DNA of 64,000 bases from Minisyncoccota bacterium. Its GTDB lineage: Bacteria; Patescibacteriota; Minisyncoccia; Phycocordibacterales; UBA9973. Shown in pieces: positions 55,563 to 63,877 of the stretch; position 1 is the stretch's first letter, and each line of letters starts with the position of its first letter. Location: NCBI GenBank assembly GCA_035510575.1, contig DATKGV010000008.1, forward strand, positions 68,618 through 132,617, written 5' to 3'. Under the pieces are notes generated by a model, which made no database searches, was not told the origin of the DNA, and saw nothing but the letters and a program-made list of their open reading frames with translations. Made by a program: the position numbers and the translations under genes.

Positions 55563-56019
55563 AGGGGTACAGTTCTATGTCTCAGCTGTCTTATTTTTTT
55601 GTATAGAAACGGCAAAAAGGGACAGCCGAGCCTGTACCCCATAGCGGTGCTACCCCGAAAGGTTCCTGTTATGGAACTCGGACTGCCCCTCTTTGCCAAT
55701 AACAGGTAAGAGAAAACAGTCCTTTCGGGGACGAAGCACAATTATAAAAAACACTATGGGGTACTTTTGAAATATAACATAAAAACCCCCTTAAATGAAG
55801 CTTTATTTAAGGGGTTACCAACAGGCAGATTTAAGTGATATTTAGAGGAAAAGTATCACTTTTATGTGCCCCGCGCGATAGCAGATCAAAAAATCATAGA
55901 CATTGACACAAAACACAAAAATTGTACATTAAGCTCGGTCAACCCCCCGAATATTGAAGTTCCGACTCCTGCTCGGAGCTTCTTTTTCGGAATTATTAAA
56001 TAAGAAGAAATAGAAGCAT

Positions 56020-56895
56020 ATGACAAAACACAAGTTCACATTTGCAGAATTACCAATAGGTCAGGTCGCCCGAGATCCGAATCAACCGAGAAAAGACTTC
56101 GGAGCCGAAGGCGAGAAAAACAAGTTAAAATTATCAATCAAGAACTACGGAATCGAGGAGCCGATTAAAGTAAGCGAAATATCAGACAAGCGCTTTATTA
56201 TTATTGACGGACATCGTCGCTTCATATGTGCCCAGAAGCTTGGCATGAAGACGGTGCCTTGTCGCATCTATCCCAAGATGACGGACGGCGAGTTCGAGAC
56301 GAGACGTTACGAAATGCAAAACAATCGTCGTGCATGGAATCCGCTTGAACGCTCTGAAGCATTGGAGCGAATCAAGTACTCGTATGGGTTCAAGAACAAC
56401 CACGAGCTTGCCGATTACCTTGGCATGAGCAGATCATCTGTACAACTCGCAATGCAAATGAGAAAGCAGAGAATATCGAACTTAACAATGATGGAGAGAT
56501 ATAATGTACCGAAAAGCGTCCGTATGTCGATGCTCAACATCTTCAAGAAGCTCCGTAAGATCAAGAAACTTGAAGTCGATGACATCATCGAAGTCATATT
56601 CGAGAAGATCGACAAGAAAGTGATTACAAAATCGCTCGACATCCGCAAGATTGGCAAAGCGTTCATGCAAGCGACGATTAATGAGGATGAGCTGTACCAG
56701 TTTTTGACGAAGCCCGATATGACAGCGAATGAGCTCGAACAGCGTACGCGCCAGACAGGATTCGCGCTCATGTGTGGAGATCTCATCAAGAAGATTACTC
56801 AGAAAAAAGAGAATGGAACATCGTATACCAAGAACGAAAAAGCCTCTCTCGTTCAACTCCAAGCCCTTATCAGGAAAACTATAAAAGTCGCATAA
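56020..56895 (+). CDS. ParB-like N-terminal domain protein
   Basis: ParB/Srx core FIIIDGHRRFICAQKLG with upstream EPIKVS segment; 291 aa. Confidence 0.6.
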   Translation: MTKHKFTFAELPIGQVARDPNQPRKDFGAEGEKNKLKLSIKNYGIEEPIKVSEISDKRFIIIDGHRRFICAQKLGMKTVPCRIYPKMTDGEFETRRYEMQNNRRAWNPLERSEALERIKYSYGFKNNHELADYLGMSRSSVQLAMQMRKQRISNLTMMERYNVPKSVRMSMLNIFKKLRKIKKLEVDDIIEVIFEKIDKKVITKSLDIRKIGKAFMQATINEDELYQFLTKPDMTANELEQRTRQTGFALMCGDLIKKITQKKENGTSYTKNEKASLVQLQALIRKTIKVA

Positions 56896-56899
56896 TACT

Positions 56900-58288
56900 A
56901 TGGCAATATCTGTACCCACAAACAAAAAAGCCGTAGCGTATTATCGTCATTCTGCAAAAGATAAACAAGAAAATTCAGTTGCCATCCAACAAGGACATAC
57001 TCAAGCATTTGCCGCAACTCACAAAATAGAGATTATTCACGAAGAAGCAGATGAGGGTGAAAGCGGACTATCGGCCGATCGACCCGGATATCAGCGATTA
57101 TTCGATGAATGGATAACAAACCCCCTCGCCCCCGCCTTTGACTACGTCTTCGTATACGATGTCTCCCGTTGGGGACGATTTCAGGACCAAGACGAGGCGG
57201 CGCATTATGAATATCTTTGTAAGCAGCACGGTAAGAAAGTTGTTTACGTTTCGCAGGGCTTTCCTAAAGAAGATGAACAACTCATCTCCACACTTCAAAC
57301 ATCAATCGGTCGATACATGGCCGCCGAGTACTCGCGCCAGTTAAGCGGTAAAGTCTGGCACGGATGCGTCAAAGTTTCAGAGCAAGGATTTTCTGCCGGA
57401 GGACAGCCTCCATATGGGATGAGCCGATTACTTCTTGGCGAAGACAAGAAGCCAGTAAAGAAACTCAAACGAGGTCAATGGAAATCCATATCAAACGAGC
57501 GCGTCACATTCGCCCCTGCCGACGACGGAACAGCGGAGATAGTCAAAGACATGTATTCAATGCTCGTCGAGAAATGGGAATCGCCCCAGTCGATCGCCGA
57601 CATATTGAACGAGCGAGGCATTCCGACAGTGCAGGGTAAGAAATGGAAATCAAGCGGGGTGCTCAATATCCTCACTAACGAGGTATATACAGGAACCCGA
57701 ATTTACAACAAGACTTGGGGTCGATTGAAGCAAAAACATCGTGCTAATCCACGAAGCGAGTGGGTTATTCAGCCAAATGCGTTTGAAGGAATCATATCGT
57801 CTGAAATATTCAACGCCGCGCAAGACCGTCTGTACTGGCTCATGCCAAGCAAATGGCAAAAGGGCGCATACACGGTGCGAAAAGCGCGGCGTGGACTGCA
57901 AGCCGAAATCACGACCTTGCTCATGAGCAAAGGAATGGAAATCGACGACGCGGACATGGCGGTACGGAAATTGCCCATGGCGATCGGCGCACGGTTCACC
58001 GTCGAGGGTGTAGCCAACTGGTGCTTCACAGTGAAAGAATATATGAAGAATTATGACTACATCATCGGCGTAAGCGTCGCAACAGATCGGCATGATCCTG
58101 TTGATAGGTTCTTCTGGATTCCCATCAGCACATTTGACGGCACGGACTATGTGGTATTCTCGGAGAAAGATGACTGCTATCACACTTCGAGTATTCCGAG
58201 TGGCGAGGTTCAGAAAAGGATTCTGTCCTTGTTGCCTGATCTTAAATTATTTAGCGATTTACCTATAATAATTCCGCCAACAGAATAA
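56900..58288 (+). CDS. large serine recombinase (resolvase N-terminal catalytic domain + recombinase domain)
   Basis: N-terminal KAVAYYRHSAKDKQ (catalytic Ser context), ...VFVYDVSRWGR, recombinase domain (PYGMSRLLLGEDKKP); 462 aa. Confidence 0.7.
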   Translation: MAISVPTNKKAVAYYRHSAKDKQENSVAIQQGHTQAFAATHKIEIIHEEADEGESGLSADRPGYQRLFDEWITNPLAPAFDYVFVYDVSRWGRFQDQDEAAHYEYLCKQHGKKVVYVSQGFPKEDEQLISTLQTSIGRYMAAEYSRQLSGKVWHGCVKVSEQGFSAGGQPPYGMSRLLLGEDKKPVKKLKRGQWKSISNERVTFAPADDGTAEIVKDMYSMLVEKWESPQSIADILNERGIPTVQGKKWKSSGVLNILTNEVYTGTRIYNKTWGRLKQKHRANPRSEWVIQPNAFEGIISSEIFNAAQDRLYWLMPSKWQKGAYTVRKARRGLQAEITTLLMSKGMEIDDADMAVRKLPMAIGARFTVEGVANWCFTVKEYMKNYDYIIGVSVATDRHDPVDRFFWIPISTFDGTDYVVFSEKDDCYHTSSIPSGEVQKRILSLLPDLKLFSDLPIIIPPTE

Positions 58289-58344
58289 AAAGAATTAGAA
58301 TTATTGACTGGACTTATTTACGATCTTGCGTCATCTAATAGAGT

Positions 58345-58668
58345 GTGGACGACATAGAAGCGGTCATTAAGACCAGCCAGCATTTCAAATATGAGGACGA
58401 AGAATCAGATGTAAAATACGCCTTCAATCGTATTTCTGATTTGCCGGAATCTAAATCTAAGTTGAAACGAGCGATTAAAGATCGGATTCGTTTACTTTGC
58501 GCGTCGTATATCTCGCTCGCGTCATTCATTCCTGACGAGGATGCTGAATATTTGATCGGCTTGCACGGCGAGCAGAAGAAAAAACGATCAATCAAAATAA
58601 TGATGCGGATGATGAAAGAGATGGATAAGCTTGAAAAAGAAATCCGTAATTTTGATCCGTTTTCTTAA
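58345..58668 (+). CDS. hypothetical protein
   Basis: 107-aa ORF between recombinase and DGR target. Confidence 0.3.
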   Translation: MDDIEAVIKTSQHFKYEDEESDVKYAFNRISDLPESKSKLKRAIKDRIRLLCASYISLASFIPDEDAEYLIGLHGEQKKKRSIKIMMRMMKEMDKLEKEIRNFDPFS

Positions 58669-58765
58669 TTATAAAAAATTGCGCGAACTCGCTTCGCGAG
58701 TAAATGCCAAAGGGTCAAAGAATCCAAGAGCCAAAGAATCAGAAAAATACAAAGAGGCAATAGGT

Positions 58766-60607
58766 CTAAGATTCAGACTTGCGGAGACGGAAAGCGAACT
58801 CACTGTCCGGATGCCACTCGAGGCCGGGCGTCGCCCAATAGTTGTCCAGCCACAAACCGTCACCGTCGCGCACGAGGCGGAAGACGAACGGGTAGCCGCC
58901 AGAGTCAGCGATTTGTTTCATTCCAATACGCACCCATTCATTTAGAGGTTGATTCCTGTATTTAAGGCGATAGTTAGGGCCAGTATCAGGAGGACACAAT
59001 TCCAAGCCGAGCGTTTGTGCGCGTTCGTAAATTTGGTCAGTGGTAGCACTTGTTTTGAAACCAAGGTCAGCAACAGTAAGGCGGATAAGTGTTGCTTCTT
59101 CACGCTTTTTACCTGGAATGAAGTCACGATTCTTCATCATAGATTTTGCGTAGTCGGAAATATTGATGTGGGCTGCTTCCATTTCAGCAATCAATTGTTC
59201 GGCCGTCTTTCCACCTATCTCGACATTTTCTCTGCGAATTTTCTTGTCTGGGAACGAGGTGTATACATGCTCAAGACCTTCTGGCAATCTTTGGAAGATG
59301 CCTGGCTCAAGCTGTCCAACATACGCCTTTGTATCTTTTGTTATCTGGCTTGGAACGTGAGCAATTTCTTCCTTAGTACATGCAAAAATAACAAGCATGT
59401 CTTCCTCTGTATTTCTGCCAGCGCGAAGCTCGGCAATACGCGGATCGGTTTGGTATCCGAAACCTTCGATGGACGAGTTAATTTCATAGAGAAATACAAG
59501 ATCATCTTTGGTAAATGGTTCTTCTTGTTCGCGCTTTTGATCAAGAGCAGTCAGTATTTTCATGTCTCCACTTTTCTTTCGGTACGCATCTGCTTCGGTT
59601 CCGAAATCTTGGAGTTTTTCATCAAGTGCTTCCTGCATGATTGGTTCTACGCCTTGGTGCGGAAGAATACCACGCACTTCGCCAATTCTATTGTCACCCT
59701 CCATACGGATCGCAAGACGAGGTTGGGTTGGTTCGCCGTTTGAATCATTCGTGTAATAAACATAAAAGTCGCCATTCTCTATTTGTGTTTCTGCTGTCGA
59801 TTTACCGGCAGTACACCAACCAGTTCCTTTTCCTTCGAGTGATTCAAAAAGTTGCTCGGCGTCACCGCTTTGTCCCTGTTGGTATTTTTTCCATTCACCT
59901 TTGACCTCCTCACGGTTCTCCATTGAGGCAGCAAGAGATTTTGAGATGAGTTCAGCGTATAAGCTCGGAAACTTTTGAGAAAAAGCTTCGCGCACCTCTG
60001 GTTCTTTGAGATTTTTGTTATCTTCTTTTACTTTGAAATATATGTCGGCAATTTGCGCGAGTGGTTCGCGATAGATATCGGGATATGGTGCAACAGTACT
60101 ATCGGTACGCTTTTTGAACTCGCCACGCTCTTTGTCGAATTGGGAAAGTTTGGTGATATTTTTCCAAACAAAGTATTTGAACCATGCAGGATACATGGCA
60201 TCGTCTGAAGTAAGGTACTCCATCCACGCATTAAGCGATGCTCGCTGGTCTTCGATGGCAACATCCATCATTTGTTCACGGACATTGTCAGGGATTTCCT
60301 CTACTGCTTGTCCACGCTCGCGAGCGATGCGCTTTTGCAGTTCAAAATATGATTCAGGAAAATTCTCCTTTTTTATAATGAATGCGTCATATATTTTGTC
60401 GCGAAACATTTCGAGATTGCGTTCACGTTTCTTTTCATCAGGATTGAGAAAAACATTCTCCAAACGATCCATATAGGCTTCGATACGCTCGGAAGGATCA
60501 TTCGGCATTTTTTCGCCAGTCTGTCGCTCTTCTCGCACAACGGCTCGATTTACCTCGGGAGAAGTTTGAAGTTCCGGGCTTTTCATGTGGAGCGGGTGCT
60601 TTTCCAT
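58766..60607 (-). CDS. DGR target protein: 613-aa cytoplasmic protein with C-terminal variable region (CLec-like ...GLWLDNYWATPGLEWHPDSEFAFRLR)
   Basis: The last ~42 codons, immediately before the stop, form the VR matching the TR at 60902-61029; no signal peptide or TM; the N-terminal ~570 aa have no recognised domain. Confidence 0.7.
   Translation of the reverse strand: MEKHPLHMKSPELQTSPEVNRAVVREERQTGEKMPNDPSERIEAYMDRLENVFLNPDEKKRERNLEMFRDKIYDAFIIKKENFPESYFELQKRIARERGQAVEEIPDNVREQMMDVAIEDQRASLNAWMEYLTSDDAMYPAWFKYFVWKNITKLSQFDKERGEFKKRTDSTVAPYPDIYREPLAQIADIYFKVKEDNKNLKEPEVREAFSQKFPSLYAELISKSLAASMENREEVKGEWKKYQQGQSGDAEQLFESLEGKGTGWCTAGKSTAETQIENGDFYVYYTNDSNGEPTQPRLAIRMEGDNRIGEVRGILPHQGVEPIMQEALDEKLQDFGTEADAYRKKSGDMKILTALDQKREQEEPFTKDDLVFLYEINSSIEGFGYQTDPRIAELRAGRNTEEDMLVIFACTKEEIAHVPSQITKDTKAYVGQLEPGIFQRLPEGLEHVYTSFPDKKIRRENVEIGGKTAEQLIAEMEAAHINISDYAKSMMKNRDFIPGKKREEATLIRLTVADLGFKTSATTDQIYERAQTLGLELCPPDTGPNYRLKYRNQPLNEWVRIGMKQIADSGGYPFVFRLVRDGDGLWLDNYWATPGLEWHPDSEFAFRLRKSES
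58782..58909 (-). repeat. DGR variable repeat (VR)
   Basis: Its reverse complement aligns over 128 nt with TR (60902-61029). There are 21 mismatches, all at TR adenine positions (e.g. TR aac/VR ttc, aac/cgc, gaa/gtg, aat/tat, aaa/acg), and the flanks are identical. Confidence 0.8.
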
Positions 60608-60895
60608 ATATGGTTCGCATTATAGCATAAATTACTGCGAAATAAAGAGGTTTTTGGTATACTATTTTCAGATTGGTTTCATTGAACGGCTACGGTTTTT
60701 CAAGACCAATTTACTTCGTGTAGATTGAGAGCGCGAACGGTTATGGCTTTTCGCGGAGGATGTACATAGAGGTCTTTAAAAAGAAAAAACTTGGTGCGAC
60801 GCGCTGGTTGATTTTCGATCACGCATAACAATACAGCACGGCTTCTGGCACATTTATGTGCGCCTAAGTCGGCGGTGACATGGATGGCGTGCCGC

Positions 60896-61029
60896 ACAAA
60901 CGCTGACTCTGACGGCAACCCGAACGTCTTCAACCTCGAACGCAACGATGACGGTTTGTGGCTGAACAACAATTGGGCGAAACCCGACAACGAGTGGAAT
61001 CCGGACAATAAGTTCGCTTTCCGTCTCCG
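60896..61029 (+). repeat. DGR template repeat (TR)
   Basis: Adenine-rich (many AAC/AAT codons) copy of VR, lying between the target gene and avd/RT; it is followed at 61044-61075 by the hairpin ccgcgac...gtcgcgg and a T-run. Confidence 0.8.
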
Positions 61030-61057
61030 AAACTATTTTCTTTTCCGCGACCTCATG

Positions 61058-61465
61058 TTACATGTCGCGGTTTTTCTTTTCAGGGTTGGCAAGATTCTTC
61101 TTCCAGCCACCAAACATCTTGCCGACTTCTTCGAGTTTCAATGCCACGTTCTCGCAGTGAGCGTTTGAAATAAGCTTGCCCTCCCATGCAACAGAGACAA
61201 GAAACTTTAGTGTGTCCAACACCAAAATGCATTCAGTAATTTTTTCCTCTTTCTTCTCTTTTTCGATAAAATATGCGATGTATGACAATTCAAGCAGATC
61301 GAGAAACTTGTTCTCAATCCGTGAGCCGATTGTATAGCGTGCGCCTTTAGCAATATGCGGAACAATATTAACCCAAATCAAATACCCCTCTTTGATCTTG
61401 TTGAGGATCGAAGCGTTGTTGGTGTGCGAAAGTCGGGGGGGGGGGAGATTTGTCGCTCGGTTCAT
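61058..61465 (-). CDS. avd: Avd-like accessory variability determinant (four-helix-bundle protein); 5' end uncertain
   Basis: IVPHIAKGARYTIGSRIENKFLDLLELSYIAYF...ITECILVLDTLKFLVSVAWEGKLISNAHCENVALKLEEVGKMFGGWKKN matches the helix and length pattern of Bordetella phage bAvd; the annotated N-terminal 10 aa cross a C11 homopolymer. Confidence 0.6.
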   Translation of the reverse strand: MNRATNLPPPRLSHTNNASILNKIKEGYLIWVNIVPHIAKGARYTIGSRIENKFLDLLELSYIAYFIEKEKKEEKITECILVLDTLKFLVSVAWEGKLISNAHCENVALKLEEVGKMFGGWKKNLANPEKKNRDM

Positions 61466-62449
61466 ATCTACAATAATATCATTTCTGTGGAAAACTTACT
61501 CGTCGCATGGCGAGAATTCCTTCATGGAAAACGGAGCCGTAAAGACGTTGCCCAATTTTCAGTTCATCTGACCGATAATATACTTGCCCTCCATCGCGAA
61601 CTCGTCGATAAGACCTACCATCACGGTCTGTACAAAGCTTTTCGTATCAACGATCCCAAACCGCGTGATATTCATAAGGCGAGTGTTCGCGATCGGTTAC
61701 TTCACCATGCTATTTATAGGATTTTGTATCCCTACTTTGATCCTAAGTTTATTTTTGATTCGTATTCATGTCGGCGTGGTAAAGGCACGCACCGCGCGCT
61801 TGATAGATTTCGAGACTATGCCCGCAAAGTTTCTAAAAATCATACTCAGACAGTGTGGGTCTTGAAATGCGATATCAGAAAGTTTTTTGCAAACATTGAT
61901 CACACAATTTTAGAAGATATTTTGAAGCGTCGCATGGGAGACGAAGATGTCATTCAACTTTTTCGAGAAATTGTTGGCAGTTTTAATACCAAAGACAAGG
62001 ATGGTGTAGGATTACCTCTCGGTAATCTCACTAGCCAGCTTTTGGTAAATATTTATATGAACGAGTTTGATCATTTTCTCAAACGAGATTTGAAAGTTGA
62101 ATATTGCGTTAGGTACGCGGACGATTTTGTTATTCTGCACACAGACAAAAAATATTTAGAAAACGTCTTGCCAAAAATATCTGCATTTTTAGAAACAAGA
62201 CTCAAGCTATCCCTTCATCCTGATAAGGTGTTTATAAAAACATTCGCCTCGGGCGTAGACTTTCTTGGTTGGGTACATTTTCCACATCATCGTGTGCCGA
62301 GGACATCCACGAAAAAGAGAATGTTCAGAAATTTAAATCAAAACTCAAAAAAGGAATCACTAAGTTCCTACGCAGGGCTTCTGAGTCATGGCGATACACA
62401 TGAATTACGAGAGACAATATTTAAGAAGTATTCTGATAAGAAAATCTGA
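61355..62449 (+). CDS. DGR reverse transcriptase; 5' end uncertain (probably begins after the G11 tract, near 61455)
   Basis: RT motifs: ENLLVAWREFLHGKR (start of DGR RT core), motif 4 GLPLGNLTSQLLVNIY with the DGR-specific SQ, motif 5 VRYADDFVIL (YADD), ~330-aa core size. Confidence 0.8.
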   Translation: MRNNINPNQIPLFDLVEDRSVVGVRKSGGGEICRSVHIYNNIISVENLLVAWREFLHGKRSRKDVAQFSVHLTDNILALHRELVDKTYHHGLYKAFRINDPKPRDIHKASVRDRLLHHAIYRILYPYFDPKFIFDSYSCRRGKGTHRALDRFRDYARKVSKNHTQTVWVLKCDIRKFFANIDHTILEDILKRRMGDEDVIQLFREIVGSFNTKDKDGVGLPLGNLTSQLLVNIYMNEFDHFLKRDLKVEYCVRYADDFVILHTDKKYLENVLPKISAFLETRLKLSLHPDKVFIKTFASGVDFLGWVHFPHHRVPRTSTKKRMFRNLNQNSKKESLSSYAGLLSHGDTHELRETIFKKYSDKKI

Positions 62450-62523
62450 CCTTTTAGTTACCAACACCTACCACTCGGGACGCTCTGGACTCCTAGGGCG
62501 AGTTGCGTCATTCCTTGTAGTGT

Positions 62524-63867
62524 ATGAACCATACACAAACACAAGCGCCATTAGGGACTACGGCCAAAGTAGTAGTCCCCACAAAGGTAAAATACTGCCT
62601 TTACGCAAGAAAAAGTACGGAAAGTGAGGAACGCCAAGTGCTGTCCATAGACAGCCAGATCAAAGAGATGCTCCAATTGGCGGAGCGCGAGGGTCTTGAG
62701 ATCGTGACCATGAAGCGCGAGAGTCACAGCGCGAAAGAGACCGGCCAGCGTCCAGTCTTCAACGAGATCGTGGATGAAATCAAACAGGGCAAGTTTAACG
62801 GCATCCTGACATGGGCACCGGATCGAATCAGCAGAAACGCGGGCGACCTCGGGAAGATCGTCGACCTGATGGATGCCGGAAAACTGCATCAGATACGCAC
62901 CTTCGGGCAGACGTTCGGTAACAATCCGAACGAGAAATTCCTACTGATGATTCTCGGCTCGCAGGCGAAACTCGAAAACGACAACCGAGGCATCAACGTG
63001 AAGCGCGGACTGCGGACAAGAGTGGAGATGGGATTGTGGCCAGGCATGGCACCGCTTGGGTACCTGAATCAGAAGATGCTCGATCGTAAATGCCAGATTG
63101 CAATAGATCCTGACCGCGCGCCGATCGTCCGGAAAATGTTCGAGAAAGTAGCCCACGAGGGATGGAGCGGACGAAAGGTGTACAACTGGCTTCGGTTCGA
63201 CCTGAACTTCCATACGAGAGGACACAAGCCACTAACGCTCTCCGGTGTGTATCGAATATTCAATATGCCAATTTACTACGGGCCATTCGAGTACCCGAGA
63301 GACAGCGGCAACTGGTACGACGGAAAACATGAGCCGATCATCACCAAGGAATTATATGAGAAAGCGCAGGAACAGCTGAAGCGAGATAAGATCGTCAGAG
63401 AGAATCGGGAGTTCGCTTTTACAAAATTATTTACCTGCGGCATGTGCGGCTCGGGAATCACGGCGCAGGAGAAATATAAGGAGCTGAAAGACACGACGAC
63501 CGCCAAGTACGTCTACTACTCCTGCTCGAAAGCGAGAGATCGTAATTGCAAGAACAAGTACATCCGCGAGGAAGAACTGATCGAGGAACTTTTCAAAGTC
63601 ATTGACAAAGTGAGCATCAACGAACTGGGAATGCGAATGAAGCTCGAGGAAGAAATCAAGCGATTCAATCGGCTACAGCGACTTGCAACCAAAGGCACGC
63701 CGAAATATTCAATCAACGAGGACGATGTGAATACAAGAGAGTATGCAAAATACGTCCTGCGCGAGGGCACGCCGCTTGAGAAGCGCGAGCTGATGGGACA
63801 TCTGCGAAGCAGACTGGTGCTCAAGGACAAGAGAATTACGCTCCTTCAGGAAAGAGAGGAAAAATAA
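62524..63867 (+). CDS. large serine recombinase with C-terminal zinc-ribbon
   Basis: N-terminal YCLYARKSTESEERQVLSIDSQ catalytic region, ...GILTWAPDRISRN, recombinase domain, CGMCGSGI...YYSCSKARDRNC zinc ribbon, coiled-coil tail. Confidence 0.7.
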   Translation: MNHTQTQAPLGTTAKVVVPTKVKYCLYARKSTESEERQVLSIDSQIKEMLQLAEREGLEIVTMKRESHSAKETGQRPVFNEIVDEIKQGKFNGILTWAPDRISRNAGDLGKIVDLMDAGKLHQIRTFGQTFGNNPNEKFLLMILGSQAKLENDNRGINVKRGLRTRVEMGLWPGMAPLGYLNQKMLDRKCQIAIDPDRAPIVRKMFEKVAHEGWSGRKVYNWLRFDLNFHTRGHKPLTLSGVYRIFNMPIYYGPFEYPRDSGNWYDGKHEPIITKELYEKAQEQLKRDKIVRENREFAFTKLFTCGMCGSGITAQEKYKELKDTTTAKYVYYSCSKARDRNCKNKYIREEELIEELFKVIDKVSINELGMRMKLEEEIKRFNRLQRLATKGTPKYSINEDDVNTREYAKYVLREGTPLEKRELMGHLRSRLVLKDKRITLLQEREEK

Positions 63868-63877
63868 ATCGTTGAGG

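Noticed and set aside
60875-61168. Plus-strand ORF (97 aa) covering the TR, and minus-strand ORF 60700..61008
   Set aside because: The TR is the non-coding template copy of VR. The ORF exists only because the TR mimics the target's coding frame. There is no independent start or RBS context, and it would overlap avd.
61355-62449. Group II intron or retron interpretation of the RT
   Set aside because: Adjacent TR/VR pair with adenine-specific mismatches, an Avd-like gene and the DGR-specific SQ in RT motif 4. No intron RNA domain V/VI-like structure or maturase/endonuclease extension is evident.
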